Positions 38,193-53,482 are shown, numbered from the stretch's first letter. The stretch is 64,000 nt of DNA from Eledone cirrhosa (GCA_964016885.1 OZ024747.1:28582001-28646000), one strand, 5' to 3'. The notes: a model not told the origin generated them from the letters alone. Translations and numbers: made by a program.

Positions 38193-40969
38193 GTGTATAT
38201 GTGTGTGTGTGCGCACTAACATTATACATCTATTGGAACATACTTGCTTCATTTCTTTTTAGTGAAATCTAGAAAGAATTGGAGTGAGTATGCTCCGATG
38301 AATGTGTAATGTTAGTGTGTATGGATGATGTAGCATGAGTTAGCTGAGAGAAAAACTTGATATAAGAGGAATTGGATATAGTGTGCAAGAGAGAAAATTG
38401 CATTGTTAAGGACATATGGTGTGTATATAAAACAGCTGTATAAAGAATTGCAAGGGAATTTCAATGGCTGGAATTTGTGGAAGAGGCAGACCCAGGAAGA
38501 CTTGGGATGAGGCAGTGAAGACTGACCTTAAGAATCTAAACCTCACAACAAAGATGACAAAAGACTGTGAGGGTTAGCTCTACGATTTACTGGTGAAGAC
38601 CCATCCACCAACATAAAATGTGACCTCACCCATCTACGTGTCCTTCCCCCTCCAACAACACTCCCTTGAAGCTATCCTCGCCATCACTGCATCTCCCTCC
38701 TCCAACGGTATCGGAAGTCACCCCTCCTCTCTTACTCATCACCCTGCCAAATCCCACCACACTCGCCATATATCCATAACATCATACTTATATTCCCTCT
38801 ACCCCCACCCGCAGAGCAATAAGGCCTCTTCAGTTGGGACAATAAAAACCTCCATAGTGTTGGTTATCTACACGATAAATGAATGTCGTATACATTGTAA
38901 AGTGGTTGATGATAAGGGTATCCAGCCGTAGAAAACTTACCAAACAAACGGTTGGGAGGATCTTTCATTTGTGTCAATGACATGGCAATCGCCCTAGTAT
39001 TGGTGATATGATAAAATGCGCTCGGTAGAGCGTGGGACCAAATGAAAGTGAGATGTAGACCCCTACGTCTCTGAAGACCTGTCTTACCCTTGCTGGCAGG
39101 GAAAACGGACGTTAAATGATGGTGATGATGATGATGATATATGTGTATGTGTGTACAGATGTATCAGTGTTGTCAATTAACTTGAATGAAAATGCTGAAA
39201 AAACTTACAGAAATGCTGGGAATTGATAGTAAGTACCGGGAAAAACTTAGCATGAATTACATTCTTATATAGTAGCGTTGGAAATTACCTATTCGATTTT
39301 TGTTTTATTTGTTTGAACGGTTTGGGGATTAGTTACACAATAAAAAAAAAAATGGGGCCTTTAAACCAGTAACAAACCTTTTTTTTTTAACAGACATCGG
39401 AATAAGTTAGAAAACTGTCGGAATCAATAATTGTGGGAAAAAAATCAACGAAATATGAATTTTCAGCCCTGCACAATGCGTGGAGATTGACAAACTTGAA
39501 GATGCATAGGGATAGTTAATTACCAGAGTAATAAACTTTCTCCAATGGATAGAGGTAGTTGATAACTTCTGTCACCTATGGGGGGGGGGGGGGGTAGTAT
39601 AGTAGTTAGAATAAGAACAGAATGGAAAAAGTTTAGTGAGCTGCTGTCTCTGTTGACAATAAAAAGTTTCTCTTTTTATTCAATTTTAACCAATATATAA
39701 ATACAATTTTTATTTAAAATATAATTGTTTCTACTTTTGGCACAAGGCCAGCAAATACTCAGTGCATTACTGGTACTTTATTTTATCGACCCCGTAAGGA
39801 TGAAAGGAAATAAAATATATATATATATTCGAAAAATAAACAAGAAAAGAGAAAATTACAATCTTCAGGTGAAAGAAAAAAGAGGTAGGAATAGACACCA
39901 CAACAAGGTACGCTGGTGTCTCCCTCTAATATTTTTTTAGGCAAGCCAACACTCACAATATTGCTACGAGAGATAGCGTGGGTATAACCAAGCACCCTTG
40001 TGAGCATCACCTGATGCCTCCGTAAACGACTCGTCTCCCTCAAACGTTTCGAACGCAACGCAACAGGCTAGAATAAATAGTTTGCAAATAATTCCTGGTA
40101 TTTTAAAATGTTATTCTGTTCGGCTACGGAAGCAATAACCTTCATCTTTACCGTAGCGTCCAGAATGTGGTGTGTGTGGGGGGGGGGGGGGGGGGCAAAA
40201 GAGTTGCTAACTGTAACGTCCCAAATGAGACATCTACCTTTCACTCAGAGACAAAGGGTAAGACAATCTAACCTCTTCCCATCAACTCTACAATCCAACT
40301 GGCTCCAGAAAGGGCATCTGTATTATCCACGCGTGCGATGTTGTGTTGTACGATTCTGGGTTGACTCAAACTTTGGACGTTTATTCAAGAAAATCTCAGC
40401 CATCAGGCACTCCTACAGAATGCAGGTCGGATATAACCAATAACATAATATTGAAATAGTGTATGTGTATGTATATATATGGGGGTGTGGGTAGAAACCG
40501 CAAATGTTGGTAAAACAATCGTTTGATAACATTATCCGTAATTTTAATAAACAGCTTCCACTGTGTGTGTGTGTGTGCATGTTTGTACCCATACATAAAC
40601 GTATGCACATATATATAAATATTTAAGTAATTATTTACCTTGGCTTCTTCTATCTCTTCTTTCCCTCTCCAAATTCTGGTAGTAATTAATATATCACTTT
40701 ACAATCCAACGACATTTAATTACAGAATTTTATAGTAACGGGCAATGCTTGCTGTCGGTTCTTTTTTCTATTATTATTATTGTTTACAAAATGAATGAAA
40801 CAATGACTTTTAAGAATGAATTTATCAGAGGCGTAAATGATCTATGCGTGTGTATGTATGTATAAGTATATAGATATGTGTAAATATATATGATTAGTTT
40901 GACGAAGAGATGCGTTGTTAAAGCTATAATTAAGTTATATCATGTCTTTTTCCTGTCCGTATATTAATA

Positions 40970-41169
40970 NNNNNNNNNNNNNNNNNNNNNNNNNNNNNNN
41001 NNNNNNNNNNNNNNNNNNNNNNNNNNNNNNNNNNNNNNNNNNNNNNNNNNNNNNNNNNNNNNNNNNNNNNNNNNNNNNNNNNNNNNNNNNNNNNNNNNNN
41101 NNNNNNNNNNNNNNNNNNNNNNNNNNNNNNNNNNNNNNNNNNNNNNNNNNNNNNNNNNNNNNNNNNNNN
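40970..41169. other. Assembly gap (200 N)
   Basis: Run of N; contiguity across it is uncertain. Confidence 1.
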
Positions 41170-41219
41170 ATACTTGAAGTGAAAAAAATATTAGCATGTG
41201 TGTGGCATTGGGATTGAGG

Positions 41220-42260
41220 GTAACTACTAGAAGTTAGAGAGAAAGTAGGGATGAGGAGATATTCTGAAAAATAGAAAAGGAGTGTGAGGAGAAATATTAA
41301 AATAGAGAGAGTGTGTGTGTGATAATGAGAAAAACCACTGAAAGATAGTGAGTGGAGATGAGGAGAAATGCTAAGACAGAGACTTGAGTGAAGATAGAGA
41401 GAGACTGGGTGGAAATGAAAAGAAATACTTCGAGAGGGGGGAGTATAAGAGGAGGAGAAATACTATAAGATATAAAGTAAGTGAGGATGAGGAGAAATAC
41501 TAAGACAAAGAGTAAACAAGAAAGCGAAAACTGAAGATAAAGGAGGAGGAGAAAGCAATGGACAGAAGAAGGTTAGACAAAAAGGAATGCAGACGATAAA
41601 GCGGGGTGAGATAAGAGGTATAGAAAGGAGAAGCGTTAATGAGAAGGAATTATATAATATAAATGAAAGAGTGAGGAGGGGAAGGCGAAGAGATAAGATA
41701 AAGAGACTTATATATAAATGTTGAAACGGTGAGTTGCATAAGAGAGTTAAATAAAAAAGTGAAAGAGTTTAGATAGATTGAGAAAGGGGAGTATATCGAG
41801 GTGGTAGAATGGAAGAGAGAGAGCGGGGAACAGAGGAAAAGTAAAGAAATATAAGAGGAGGAGGACGTGGCAGAAGTTTGGAGAAGAAAGAGGAGGAGAG
41901 TAACGAATGGGTGATCAGAGGAGGAGGAGGTCGTGAGAACAAGAATAAGGCGAGAGTAACAAGGAAAAGGGATTGAGAAATATATGAAAAGAGGGGCGGG
42001 TCTGTTATAGGAATAGAAATCACCTAGTTGACCGACCTCCGATAAATAAGTTATAGATGAGGACAGTCGATGAATACAGATTTAGAGCAATGTGATTGAG
42101 ACGGAGTGTAGTAAAAAATGGAGAAGCAATGTGATTGAAAAAGATCATGATGAAAGAAGGAGGAATAATGTGATGGAGCGAGAGGGGGTGAGACTAAAAG
42201 AAGGAGGAGCAATAGAGAAGATAGTTTTTAAAAAATGGAGGGAAAGTAATTGGGAGGTGT
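41220..42260 (+). repeat. Purine-rich (GA-rich) low-complexity region
   Basis: Strong A/G strand bias and no credible ORF. Confidence 0.75.
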
Positions 42261-44380
42261 TATGGAACATGAAGGTTTTTAGCAGAAATACTTTGATTAA
42301 TGTTCTGGGTTGCGGAAAGGATCCTTAAAGAAGATTAGGTTTAGAGTTTCATGGTGAGGAAAGGATCAAATCAGAAAGCACACGTTAAAATATAACGAAG
42401 GTCTATTTTCTTCCGTAAATTAATACAAGCGCTAAAAGAGGGGAAAGTTGCAAGCATACCACATAATTAAGTTGAACGAAAAAATATGCTTCTCCTAAGA
42501 ATGTTGCTGAGCCCATGTCGAGAGGGCCAAAGTTTTTTGGTAAATGCTACATCTTGCTAGATATCAACCAGGAACTTAATTAGTGTAGTCTTGTGTTCAC
42601 AAAATGAAAGCCGCAACTGGTGGTTAGAAGTGAAAAGAGGCGCGAAGCAAGTGCTGGGCGGAAGTTGTCTTTGTATTCATACCGCCGACCCCAAAGGGCT
42701 GGCGATTGACAAAGCACGACCAAACAATTCCGCATCCATGAAATAGTGCCATTGCTTGCTACAGGTTCATTGCTTAGTGGTTAGGGTGTTTGACTCACGG
42801 TCATGATTACATGTTCTAGGCTATTCAGCTGACATAAATGAGTCGTACCTGCATTTCAAAGGATCCACCTCATAGCATATTGTGTCACTCTGAAGCTCCC
42901 TGAGAAATACGTTGTGGGTACACATATCTGTGAATGCTCAGTTAATCTGTGAAATGGACGTTATTTCGCAAGCTGGTTATTCTGTTGTTAAAACCACTGG
43001 AACGTTTATTGTCTGAACCAATGGAGGTTCAACACACACGTGTAAACAGCATTCAGACATATGCCGGCCAACAATACCTCCCTCCTCAGTACTTCTATTG
43101 TCTAACTGAGTCTCAATAAACCATAGTGGTTACTAAATAAAGCCATTGCCAAATTTCCCATTTTGTTTTTTTTCTCTAATTTTAAAATATTTTATTCATC
43201 TCTTTTTAATAATATGCAAGTATTATCACAGATTTCATATTGATCCTGGGGTACTTTTTCAGGCAATGTTGTACAGCCAGATGCCCTCACTAGTACCAAA
43301 GGTTTTAGCTGCCTCTTATGACACACAGGGATATTGTAATCCTATTCTAAACTAGATACACACTGGCATATGTGTATGTATTCTAAATCAAACATGCAGG
43401 AATACAGTGTACCTATTCTAAACAAGATACACACATGGATATGGTGTACCTATTCTAAACTGGATACTCACAGAATATCTTTTTCAGAGAACATCTCTTC
43501 AATGCTATAATTGTTTCTACTTTAGGCACAAGGCCAGCAATTATCCAGTACATTACTGGTACTTTATTTTATCGACCCCGTAAGGATGAAAAGCAAAGTT
43601 AACCTCGGCGGGATTTGAACTCAGACTGTAAAGGGACGTAACTATGCTAGAAAACATGGCGTCCAACCCTCTACCGATACTGCGAATTCAATGCTATAAT
43701 GATATTAATATAGTAGTGATAAGTTACCTTGCATTACTTAGTTATAGCCCTTTATTTTCTGAGTTCCAAACCTGCTGATGTAAATTTTGCCTTTCACTCT
43801 GCTAGTGTAAAAAAAAGTACTAGTCAAGTTTAATCTGTCCTCTGGTTTAACAGCACCACCTGGCTCTTGGGTGACTTTAGCAATTTACAATCTGCTGCAA
43901 GTATTTGAGCCAGGTCTCAAGTTTGGGGATACCATCCTCCCTTCTTTTCACCAGTCTTGGAGACCCTGAAAAATTAAAGGGTCATGATTGCTGCCCTTCC
44001 TTCCTACATGGGGTGCAATTTAGACATGTTATACTCTCTCTATTGCCCAGTTTCTTTCAGTGATGGTCACAACAGAACTAAAATATTGAGCTATCTCCTA
44101 GTTTCTTACACAGAAGCTTTGATAACCTACACAGTTGAAATGTTCAACCATAATTTAGGCCTTAGGGTTAACATTATCTTATCTCTGAACATATTCCTGG
44201 CTATCGGTTGTTCTGCTTCTCTCTATGGTAATTGTTCAAGTTAGAGATATGAAGCTGAAATACAATAGTTATTCTAATACTTTGCACTCTGCTTTGACAA
44301 AATTTCTTCTACACACCACCAATTCTCTGTTCTTTCTAGTCTGGTACAATAATATGTCCCTTTGATAGCATTCAGTTTAG

Positions 44381-45537
44381 GCAAGGCGGGTCTTCTGTAT
44401 TACTGCGTAGCGCCAAAGATCTCGGTCCAGTGACATTGTCTTGGAGAGGTGTGTCTGAGGTCGGAATTTATCAAGTCGTCCCAGGTTTTTCTGGGTCTGC
44501 CTACTCCGTGGCTACCGTCTATTTTGATCGCCCTGCACTTTTTTATACAGCTGTCGTCTTTCATGCGCATCACGTGACCATACCAACGTAGTCTTCTCTC
44601 AAGTAAACAGCATCTGATCCCTCTTATTCCTAATTTCTCACTTAGTTCATTTATGCTTTGCCATTCACGTATATTACTATTACACATCCAACAGAGCATG
44701 CAAGCTTCGTTCCTCTCCAGTCTGTGTAGTTCCTCTGCACACAATGCCCAAGTCTCATTGCCATGTAACTTTGCTGTTCGTATGCAGGCATCATACAGCC
44801 TGCCTTTCATTTTTAGAGAGAAACCTTTAGCAGCCAATAGTGGTATAAGCTCTCTGAACTTTTTCCATCCTGTTCTGACTCTAGCTACTGTACTTTCAGA
44901 ACACCCTCCACCACTGCTGATTTTGTCACCCAGGTAACGGAAGGTGTCCACTATTTCTATAGAACCATCTGTGCAATGGAATGGGCTAGTATTCTGTGAG
45001 CACTTGCTGCTACTTATTGCACCTGAGCACCGGCCACATATAAAATCTATATTCATAGTTAGCTTACCTGTGATCCCACTACATCTTTTATGCACCCATA
45101 CTTTGCATTTGGGACATAAAATGGAGTTTCTGCCTACTCCTTTCCTACACACTGAGCATGGCCATTTCCCAGATGGGACCAGTGCTCTATTTTCCTTCCT
45201 ACATACTAGAACTTTAGTCTTTGTTAGATTAATTTTAAGGCCTTTTGATTCTAGGCCATGCTTCCATGTTTGGAATTTCTTCTCTAGTTCAGCCATTGAT
45301 TCAGCTATAAGCGTTAGATCATCAGCGTATAGGAGTTCCCATGGGCAGCCGGTCTTGAACTCCTGTTATAGCCTGAAAGGCAATAATAAATAGGAGGGGG
45401 CTAAGGACGGAGCCCTGATGAACACCAACTTTTACGCTAAACTCTTCACTATATTCGTTGTTAATTCTAACCTTGCTGACTGTTTCTTTATACATGGCTT
45501 GTATAGCTCTCACAAGCCATTCATCAACACCTAGTTT
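44381..45537 (-). mobile_element. RTE LINE fragment (RT C-terminus), same subfamily as 29207-31294
   Basis: ORF 44400-45296 is nearly identical to 30069-30764, and GVHQGSVLSP is present in 45322-45513. Confidence 0.92.
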
Positions 45538-47931
45538 ATAGTTTTGTCAGCATTAGTTGAAGCTTCTTGCTAAAATTTAGGTTAGGATCCTAGTTGGTTA
45601 AAGTTTCTGGTTTTTATTCAAGCAGCCCAAGTTCAAATCCTGGTTTGGGAACAACTTTCTTTCCAGTCTTAAAGGGCCTGTTGAATCCATGGACATTTTT
45701 TGTAATAGTCAGTTTATATTATTCTCATTTCTAAGTTGAGGACATCTAGAGCTGTTGTTGGGCCCAGTAATTGTGTCAGAGGCCTAGTCTGACAGAAATA
45801 AGTTTTGGTGCATGAGTAAGCTGAGTTGCAGCACTCCTTCATTAGCTTGCAGTTGAGAGAGGGGGGGAAGAGAAACGAAGAATCAGTCCCAGTACTTGAC
45901 TGGTACTTTATTTATCAACCACATAAGGGTGAAAAGCAAAATTTACCTATAAACCTTGGTGCATATTTCAACCCCAAACATAAAAAGCTGAAACAAATAT
46001 AGCAGATCATTCTGTTGGACACAGTACTACTGCTATCTATTAGATTTTAAACAATTTGGTTTTACATTAAGAGTCCTAACCAAAGAAAATTAATAAATAT
46101 TATTGTTAAGAATGTAGCACAAGTGAATTCAAAGGTCTTGAGTGACACAGCATTACTAATAATATTTGTTTAGAAAATGTTTCACAATGTTATATTTTGT
46201 GTTGCTTTCTCCCACCCAACTTTCTTTTTTTAACCTTACATTGTAAACAAGATCTTATCTAATTTTCATTTATCTCAAGTAATTATTTGATGTCACTGCA
46301 GTTTATTCATTAGCCAGTAAATATTCATGACATCGAAGTGATTAAGAATTTCTGATTTACTTTTCATTAGAATTTTTGTCAGTGAAGTTCAAAAGTTTAA
46401 ATAAACTCAAAATAAGGGGGTTGTTTACATATCTTGGTTAATCAACCTCTAACAATTACCATCATTTTCATCATAATTTTTAGGTCCACTTTTCCATCAT
46501 CACATGGGTTGGACAAGACATTCTTCAAACAGAATTTTACAGCCGGATGCTCTTTCTAACACCATCCCTTACTTTAAGTAAGATACTGAACTTTACATGT
46601 TTTTTTTTTCTTTTTCTTTTATAACTTCCAACAACTTAACCCTCTTAATATCAACCTGGCCAAAACCAACTCTGGTTCTATGAAACAAAACCATGTATTT
46701 TAAAGGATGCCTATTTAAATCAAAATCTTCCAACATAATTTTATATAAAAAAAACATATGTAAGTTACTATCTTATATATAGCTAATGATTTTAATAAAT
46801 CCCTCAAAATTCTTCATTAATTGAAATAGAGTATAGCTAGTTACGACTATTCAACAGAATTCATAACATAATCGGCTTGTCTCCCCACAGCCCCAGCGGA
46901 CAGAATAGAGAAGGCATTTCCCCGGAGACGGCAAATCTATACTATTCTCCAGTTTAGTGTTTGCAACAGGAACACAAAGATTTTCATTGTTAAACATTGT
47001 TAATTGAAATAGAGTGTATTTGATGAGAAATACAGTTATAAAAAGATTATGTGGTTGTTTGGGGCCTGCTATATTGCTGGTTACTGGTTGGCAAACAAAC
47101 TAGATAATGCTCTTTGCTGTCCCATTTCTTCCAATCTTTCCCAGGCCTATATACACGTATATAGTATATGGTATTTACATATATGTGTTTTGTGTTACTA
47201 TAGTAATGCTAGAATATTATCAAAGATCCTTTTGATCAGTTAAAGTGTCAAGATATGAATCTAACATTTAACTGTATTTAAGAACATATTAGAAGTCATA
47301 GTGACTTGTCATCTAGAAGACTTGCGTTTTAACATATTTCACTATATCTACCATGAGATGCAAAGTCATAATAACAATAATAATGGCTTCTAATTTAGGC
47401 ACAAGGCCTGCAATTTTGTGGGTTGGAATAAGTTGATAACATTGAACTCACTACATGACTGGTACTTTATTTAATCATCCCTGGAAAGATAAAAAGCAAA
47501 GTTGACCTCAACAGGGTTTGAATTCAGAACATAAAGACCCATAACAAAATCCATAAGATATATTGTCTGGCACTTTAACGAGTCTGCCAATCCACCACAC
47601 TCATACTACTACTTCTACTTCTACTAATACTAATTTCTTTATTTTTAATAATTTCTTTATAATAATAATAATAATTGTTTCTACGTTTGGCACAAGGCCA
47701 GCAATTACACAGTGCATTACTGGTAATTTATTTTATCGACCCCTGGTTTCTATTATAGGCACAAGGCCAGCAATTTTTGGGGAGAGGAAAGTCGATTAAA
47801 TCGACCCCAGTGCATTACTGGTGCTTCATTTTATTGACCGTGTACAGATGAAAGGCAAAGCTAGAGTAATGGAATAATTATATTGTGTTGTTTATTACAT
47901 AATTAAATACATATATGTGTGTGTGTGTATG

Positions 47932-47962
<31 letters not shown>

Positions 47963-48061
47963 GAGCAAGACACGGTCACCCGACCAATCTTGCCTCAAGT
48001 GGGACAAACCACTAGCGCGGAAGATAGACATTGAACGATAATGATGATATATATATATATT

Positions 48062-48815
48062 ATATTTAGAGTATACACTCGAAGAGTCATTTACAATTAA
48101 TTAGCTCAAAGAAAGAAGCATTTCTGAGCCGTGCAATACAAGTTAATATAAATTAATATATGATAAACACCTAAGTGTTTGCATTGTAAAAGACAAAAGT
48201 TAGCTAGAATGAAACAAACTAATTCAAATAAATATAGCCTGCTTGTATCGATTTAAAAAATTATAAATCAATATACACAAACTCATATTGGCAAATAGCC
48301 GTGGTACCTAGACAAATTTAAATTTTAAAATTCAAACCTTTTCCGCAGATCAATCTGAACCTCAAAATCAAAATAGGTTTCGCAAACGATGGAATAAATT
48401 ATAGTTAAAGAAATGACAAGACAAACATATTAAAAAACACAGTCTTATTAGTATCATGCTTAGGGAGTAGTAGAAGAGGGTTTGACGTTTCAGGCTTAAG
48501 ACCCTCTTCAGGAAATGGAGAGTTTGGAGAGAGAGAGAGAAAAATTTTAAGTAGGGGGGGGGGGGTAGTAGGCGAATGGTCAGGCATTCACGAGTTGAGG
48601 CCAAGATGTGTGTCATGTGTGTCATGTGTGTCCAGGTGTGTCATGGGTATTGTTATGCATGTGCAGATAGAGTGCATTTCATGGGTGTGGATTATTGCTG
48701 CTTGTGTGTGGTTGGTGTATCGTTGATGGAACTGCGTGTGTCTGTGTTTGTGAATTTATGTAGTTTTTTTTGTGTGTGTAGGTGTCAGTGAGTTTTTTGT
48801 ATTGTTTCTGTGTGC
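48062..48815 (-). mobile_element. PLE 3' UTR/pLTR remnant with a minimal HHR at 48481-48516
   Basis: Minus strand reads tttc-CTGAAGA-gggt cttaa gcct-GAAA-cg-TC^aaa, with palindromic ACGT stem III and an imperfect stem I. Flanks are TA-rich. Confidence 0.6.
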
Positions 48816-51800
48816 GTATATACACATATACATAGTCAAAACGCGATGGGGAAAGACTTAAAGACGGACAGATAGATAGATAGATACTACAAAGAAAAAT
48901 ATCAAACCTGAATTAGCCATTGCTAACCTAATTATATAGAACTAATGCCCCCTTAGCATAAATGTGATGAAGTATATAGTGATGAAGTTCCACTTCATTC
49001 CAATTACTTATTTTATTGATCCGTAAGGATGAAAGTTAACGTTGGCTTTGACAGGATTTGAACTCAGAATGTAAAGGGACATAACTCAAAACCACAAGGC
49101 GGGAGAGCTGAAAATTGAAGAGAAACTGGAAGTACGTCACGTGTGACAGTGAGTTCAAGGGACGTAACTGCAACTGACATACCTTCCATGTGCCAGGTGC
49201 GTTGAATTATTTCTAAATAACTTCAGTTTTATCAAAATAATTTACTTAATCTTATTTCTTTTAAAATTGTTTTTATCACTTAATATTCGCTTGTGTCTAT
49301 TTCATCTTTCATTAGATTTTTTCTGTAATTAATAGTTACTTCTGTCTGTTAATAACTTCAATTATAAATTGTCATCTCATTTAATTTCATGGTCTTAAAT
49401 GAGTTTAGGAAGACTTAATTATGAGTTCTTGTTTTTTTTTTATAAGAGCGGTACATTGAATACCATAGTCATCCAAAAGTTTTGATTATCTTAATTTCCT
49501 AACTCTTTAAATAAACAGTGTAACGGCTGTAATTATTTGAACTTGCAGTAACGCCCTGGTTGTGCTGAAGGTTTACATTTTGTGTCAGATACCACTTGCA
49601 CTTACATAGTAAAAAAAACTTAGAACACTCATAAAATGTTAAAAATATCCTTTATAATGCTTAGATCGTATGAAACACTGGGTCATATGCAGTTCTAAAA
49701 TCTCTTTAAAATAAACCCTGACGAACTGTAGACATAAACAATAATTGTTTCTACTTTTGGCACAAGGCCAGTAAATACCCAGTACATTACTGGTACTTTA
49801 TTTTATCGACCCCGTAAGGATGAAAAGCAAAGTTAACCTCGGCGGGATTTGAACTCAGAATGGCAAGGCCATAAACAATAATGAGTTTAAAAGCGAAAAC
49901 TAAACATCATAACCGTAGTTTATTATATGAAGAATATAAGTTGTCACTTTTACACTGTTTGTTTATTTTCTTTGAAGTATTATTTTTATTACAATTGTAT
50001 AAATTTACAGTAGAATGACGTTGCAAGAAAGCGCTACTACTTAATGCGAGTTTAAACAGCAGTTATGAAGTTACCGGTTCGATCTAACTGCGTGGCATCT
50101 CACAAAGTTCATTAGTAAAATTGGGTGGATGGAAACTGGAAGCTCGTTGGGTTGATTATACTTGTAATTGTAAAGTTCTGCTTTGTCACATGTTGTGTGA
50201 TGCTGATTCTGCCTAAGAACTGTGACTTTGTGGAATACTCAGCCATTTATACGTTAAATTAACGAGTTGTATGTTCAGTTAATCTAACAACCAGAAGACT
50301 CGTCGTCGAAATTAATGGAGATAATGGGATCCTGAGTAGCCTACATGTAGGAAAATGAACGCCTTTAAGTAAAAGTGGTTTATCTGTCGAAATGATTCTG
50401 ATGTTTTGGCTCTTAGTTGCATCATGTGATCACATAAAGTTTCCGCCACAAGACTGGTGGGATGTCATTTTTCTCTTTCTTCTTGCAAGGACTACCAAGG
50501 TATAAGTTTTATAGCCAGTGTGGCTAAAATATTAACATCATTCTTCTACAAACATTTTAAAAAGAGGGTGATCAACACAAGCAACCAAATTTGCACAGAT
50601 CAAATATTCACCTTAAAAAGGGTTCTGAAATAATGCTGGAGCTTATCAATCACAGCATACTCTGGAATATCATGATCACCAATGAGCTGCTGAACTTAAT
50701 TAGATCATACTGCAGCTCTACACAAGCAAAGATTTTCTCTTATGGCAATTTCTTTGAAATTCAGTCAGGGCTGTTCTAGAGAACGGGTCGCCAGTGGCAG
50801 ATAGTGATATAGTCTCTCTAGCAAAGCTGTTCTGCTAGAAAACGGGTCACAGGTGGCAGATAGCAATACAGCCACCAGATATGATGGCTAGTTACAATAC
50901 AGGTTTGCAACTTCTGGACGAATAAGCAATCCTAAACCAATAGTGGTAAACTACTAAAAGAGATGGAGTAATTAGTGACACTTGTAGCTCCCAAGAAAAC
51001 TCACAACCCAATGACGTAACTACAAGGCGAGTAAAGGTTGCCTCTAAAAAAGCCTAGTTTTCGCAGGTTTGACAAAGTACCAGATTGGTGACTGGCGCAA
51101 ATAAGACCACTGAAATTGAAACATAATGAGGAAACCAAAAATGAACCATACTACATCGTCCTTTGCATGGGTTAACAAGGTATGTGTTCAGGCCTTAGGT
51201 GGAGTGGCCTGTTCAAAAAATATATTGCAGTCTCCATTTCATGCCGTAAGAACTAGCAATGAGCCTGCGACCTGTTCTGGGAGGTGTGGGATGGAAGGAC
51301 AAAGTTTATTTATCCCGAGACCCAGAAAGAGGGTCTGGAAGGGAGAAAATCTTAACTGTTGTCTGGCAAGGCTGTGTTTTACCTCCAACACTTCAGTTAT
51401 ATCATCAACTGCATTACAGAGTATACCTTGAAAGATTTCCCAAGCATTGCTACCAGCCAAGACATCAATGTCACTGACCTTGATGCAGACTACCTCACAA
51501 TATTTAGCAATAACTACATTCAGTTGTAGTCAATGAAAGTAATGAACTTACATAAGCTGGAAGTGTTTGGCCAGTTTTACTTTCACTGTATCCTCCATGA
51601 TTGTGCGTTGGATTTTGTGTTAAACTCCAAAATTTGTCATCTCTTCTAGATCAACTGCCTCCAACTGCTCAAATATCACCTTTGTTGGTTTTATTATACA
51701 CTCTGCCACTCACAAGGCGAACACATTTAAGATAGTCATACCCAAGCCACTTTTGGGATGGTGTATACAGCCAAAAAACATGGATTACCATAATTAAATT

Positions 51801-52091
51801 GAACCTTGAACTAATATCTGGTCCTTGAAAATATAGTACCCACCATTAGAATTGTGACCGGCTGACAATTTACATGTTAGATATCTGGGGTCACAATGTA
51901 GAGACAGCCCTTTGTTTTCACTAGTTGGAGCTGTCTCAACCCATCTTCAGTAAACACTGACTCAAGCACAAGTATTTATTGATACCCCTCTAATGTAATG
52001 ATCTGTTATAATTTTTCTAATGCTTTTTACATTGTAATTTCTAAGTTATAATTCTTTTTCAGCCAAGAATAATATTTTACAAAATTCAAAA

Positions 52092-52532
52092 ATGGCTGAA
52101 GCCAAAAAAGATGTCAGATCTACAGAGTCAAAAGGGAAAGAAAAACAGAAGAAACTCCGTGAATTGGTGGATCAGGAGGAATATATACTGAGAAAGCGGC
52201 TTCCACGGACATTTCCAAAGCGACCTAATGATGTATACATTAGCAAAAAGACTAATTTCAAAGCCCAAATGATTCGTTGTCAGAAATTTCTGGATAATGG
52301 CAACAAAGTGTATATCCATGCTCTTGGAGCTGCTATCAACAGGGCAGTGAACCTAGCATTACAACTACAGGTAAATGGCTTTGGATCTGTGGAAATCTCC
52401 ACTAATACTTCTACTGTTAACCTCACAGATGATTTGGAACCAACTAATGATAACTTAGACTATAAGACATTATCAAGAATTAACTCAGCCATCCACATCA
52501 AGGTTTTTCGGCCGCCTAAGTTAAAAGAATGA
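52092..52532 (+). CDS. POP7: Ribonuclease P/MRP protein subunit p20 (Alba-like), 146 aa, single coding exon
   Basis: RKRLP...PNDVYISKKTNFKAQMIRCQKFLD...IHALGAAINRAVNLALQL...TSTVNLTDDLEP...RINSAIHIKV. Acceptor ttctttttcAG at 52061-52062. AATAAA lies just after the stop. Confidence 0.95.
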   Translation: MAEAKKDVRSTESKGKEKQKKLRELVDQEEYILRKRLPRTFPKRPNDVYISKKTNFKAQMIRCQKFLDNGNKVYIHALGAAINRAVNLALQLQVNGFGSVEISTNTSTVNLTDDLEPTNDNLDYKTLSRINSAIHIKVFRPPKLKE

Positions 52533-53482
52533 CTTAAGGAAATAAATTAACTTTTTTTTTCTCAAAAATATTTTTTTGTTTTTACCAATGTATATATTTC
52601 ATGATCATCATTTTACATGTTTTTTCATGCTGACAGGGGTTATGCTCATCGTTAAAGACCAAGTCAGTACTTAGATGGAGTTATTGTCACAGATAGGTCA
52701 GAGACCATGTTCCACATACATTCCAGTTTTAGCTTGGTTTCTACAGCTAGATACCCTTCCTTATGTTAACCATTTTACAATGTACTGAATGTATTTTATT
52801 GTAGCACCAATACTACTACTACTTTACAGAGAGTACTGCATTATGTTATATTAGAAATGTTGAGTAGCGAGTCCTCAGTCTTGTGAAATTCAAGGCAACC
52901 ACTCTAGTACTTGTGCCATGATAAAATGCACCCAGTGCATTCTGTAAAGTGGTTGATGTTTACTGTAAAAACCATGCCAAATGTGTATGAGGGAGTTATT
53001 GTCTCCCACTCATCTAGGAGGGCTATAACACACTGGCTGTATGTCTGGAGAAAAAGTTTAAAATGGTCTTGATCATACATGCGTTCAAATAGAACAGATC
53101 TGTGGTTAAGCAACTGCCATAGGTGTGTTTAACCAGAGCTGATTTGGGACTAAACAACAGCAGCTGTGTTTAACTCTTGACACCCTGTAAAGATTTAGCA
53201 GAAAATAGGTTTGTTTATTCAGTATTTTTACTAGTTGATAGACCATTGTGGAAATTTTTAATGTGATGCTGTTTTGTATTTGCAGCCATAGTGCTGTTTT
53301 TTTACTTTTCAAGAATATCATGCTAATGTGGTGCATGATTTCAGAGCTGAATAACAACAGCTCTCTTCCATACACCATGCCTGAGTGGACTGCTATAAAT
53401 AAGTTGTGAGTGTGAACAAAGACTAGAAGATGTTTCATTACATACTATTTTTTATAAATATTTTATTTAAATTCAGTAACTT

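Noticed and set aside
40637-40760. Possible non-coding first exon of the SLC18B1-like gene (minus-strand donor AAG|GTAAAT)
   Set aside because: Only a donor-like motif supports it; it cannot be established without transcripts.
52092-52532. Functional link between the RNase P subunit gene POP7 and the ribozyme/tRNA cluster
   Set aside because: It lies about 40 kb from the cluster and across an assembly gap; proximity in a eukaryotic genome gives no support.
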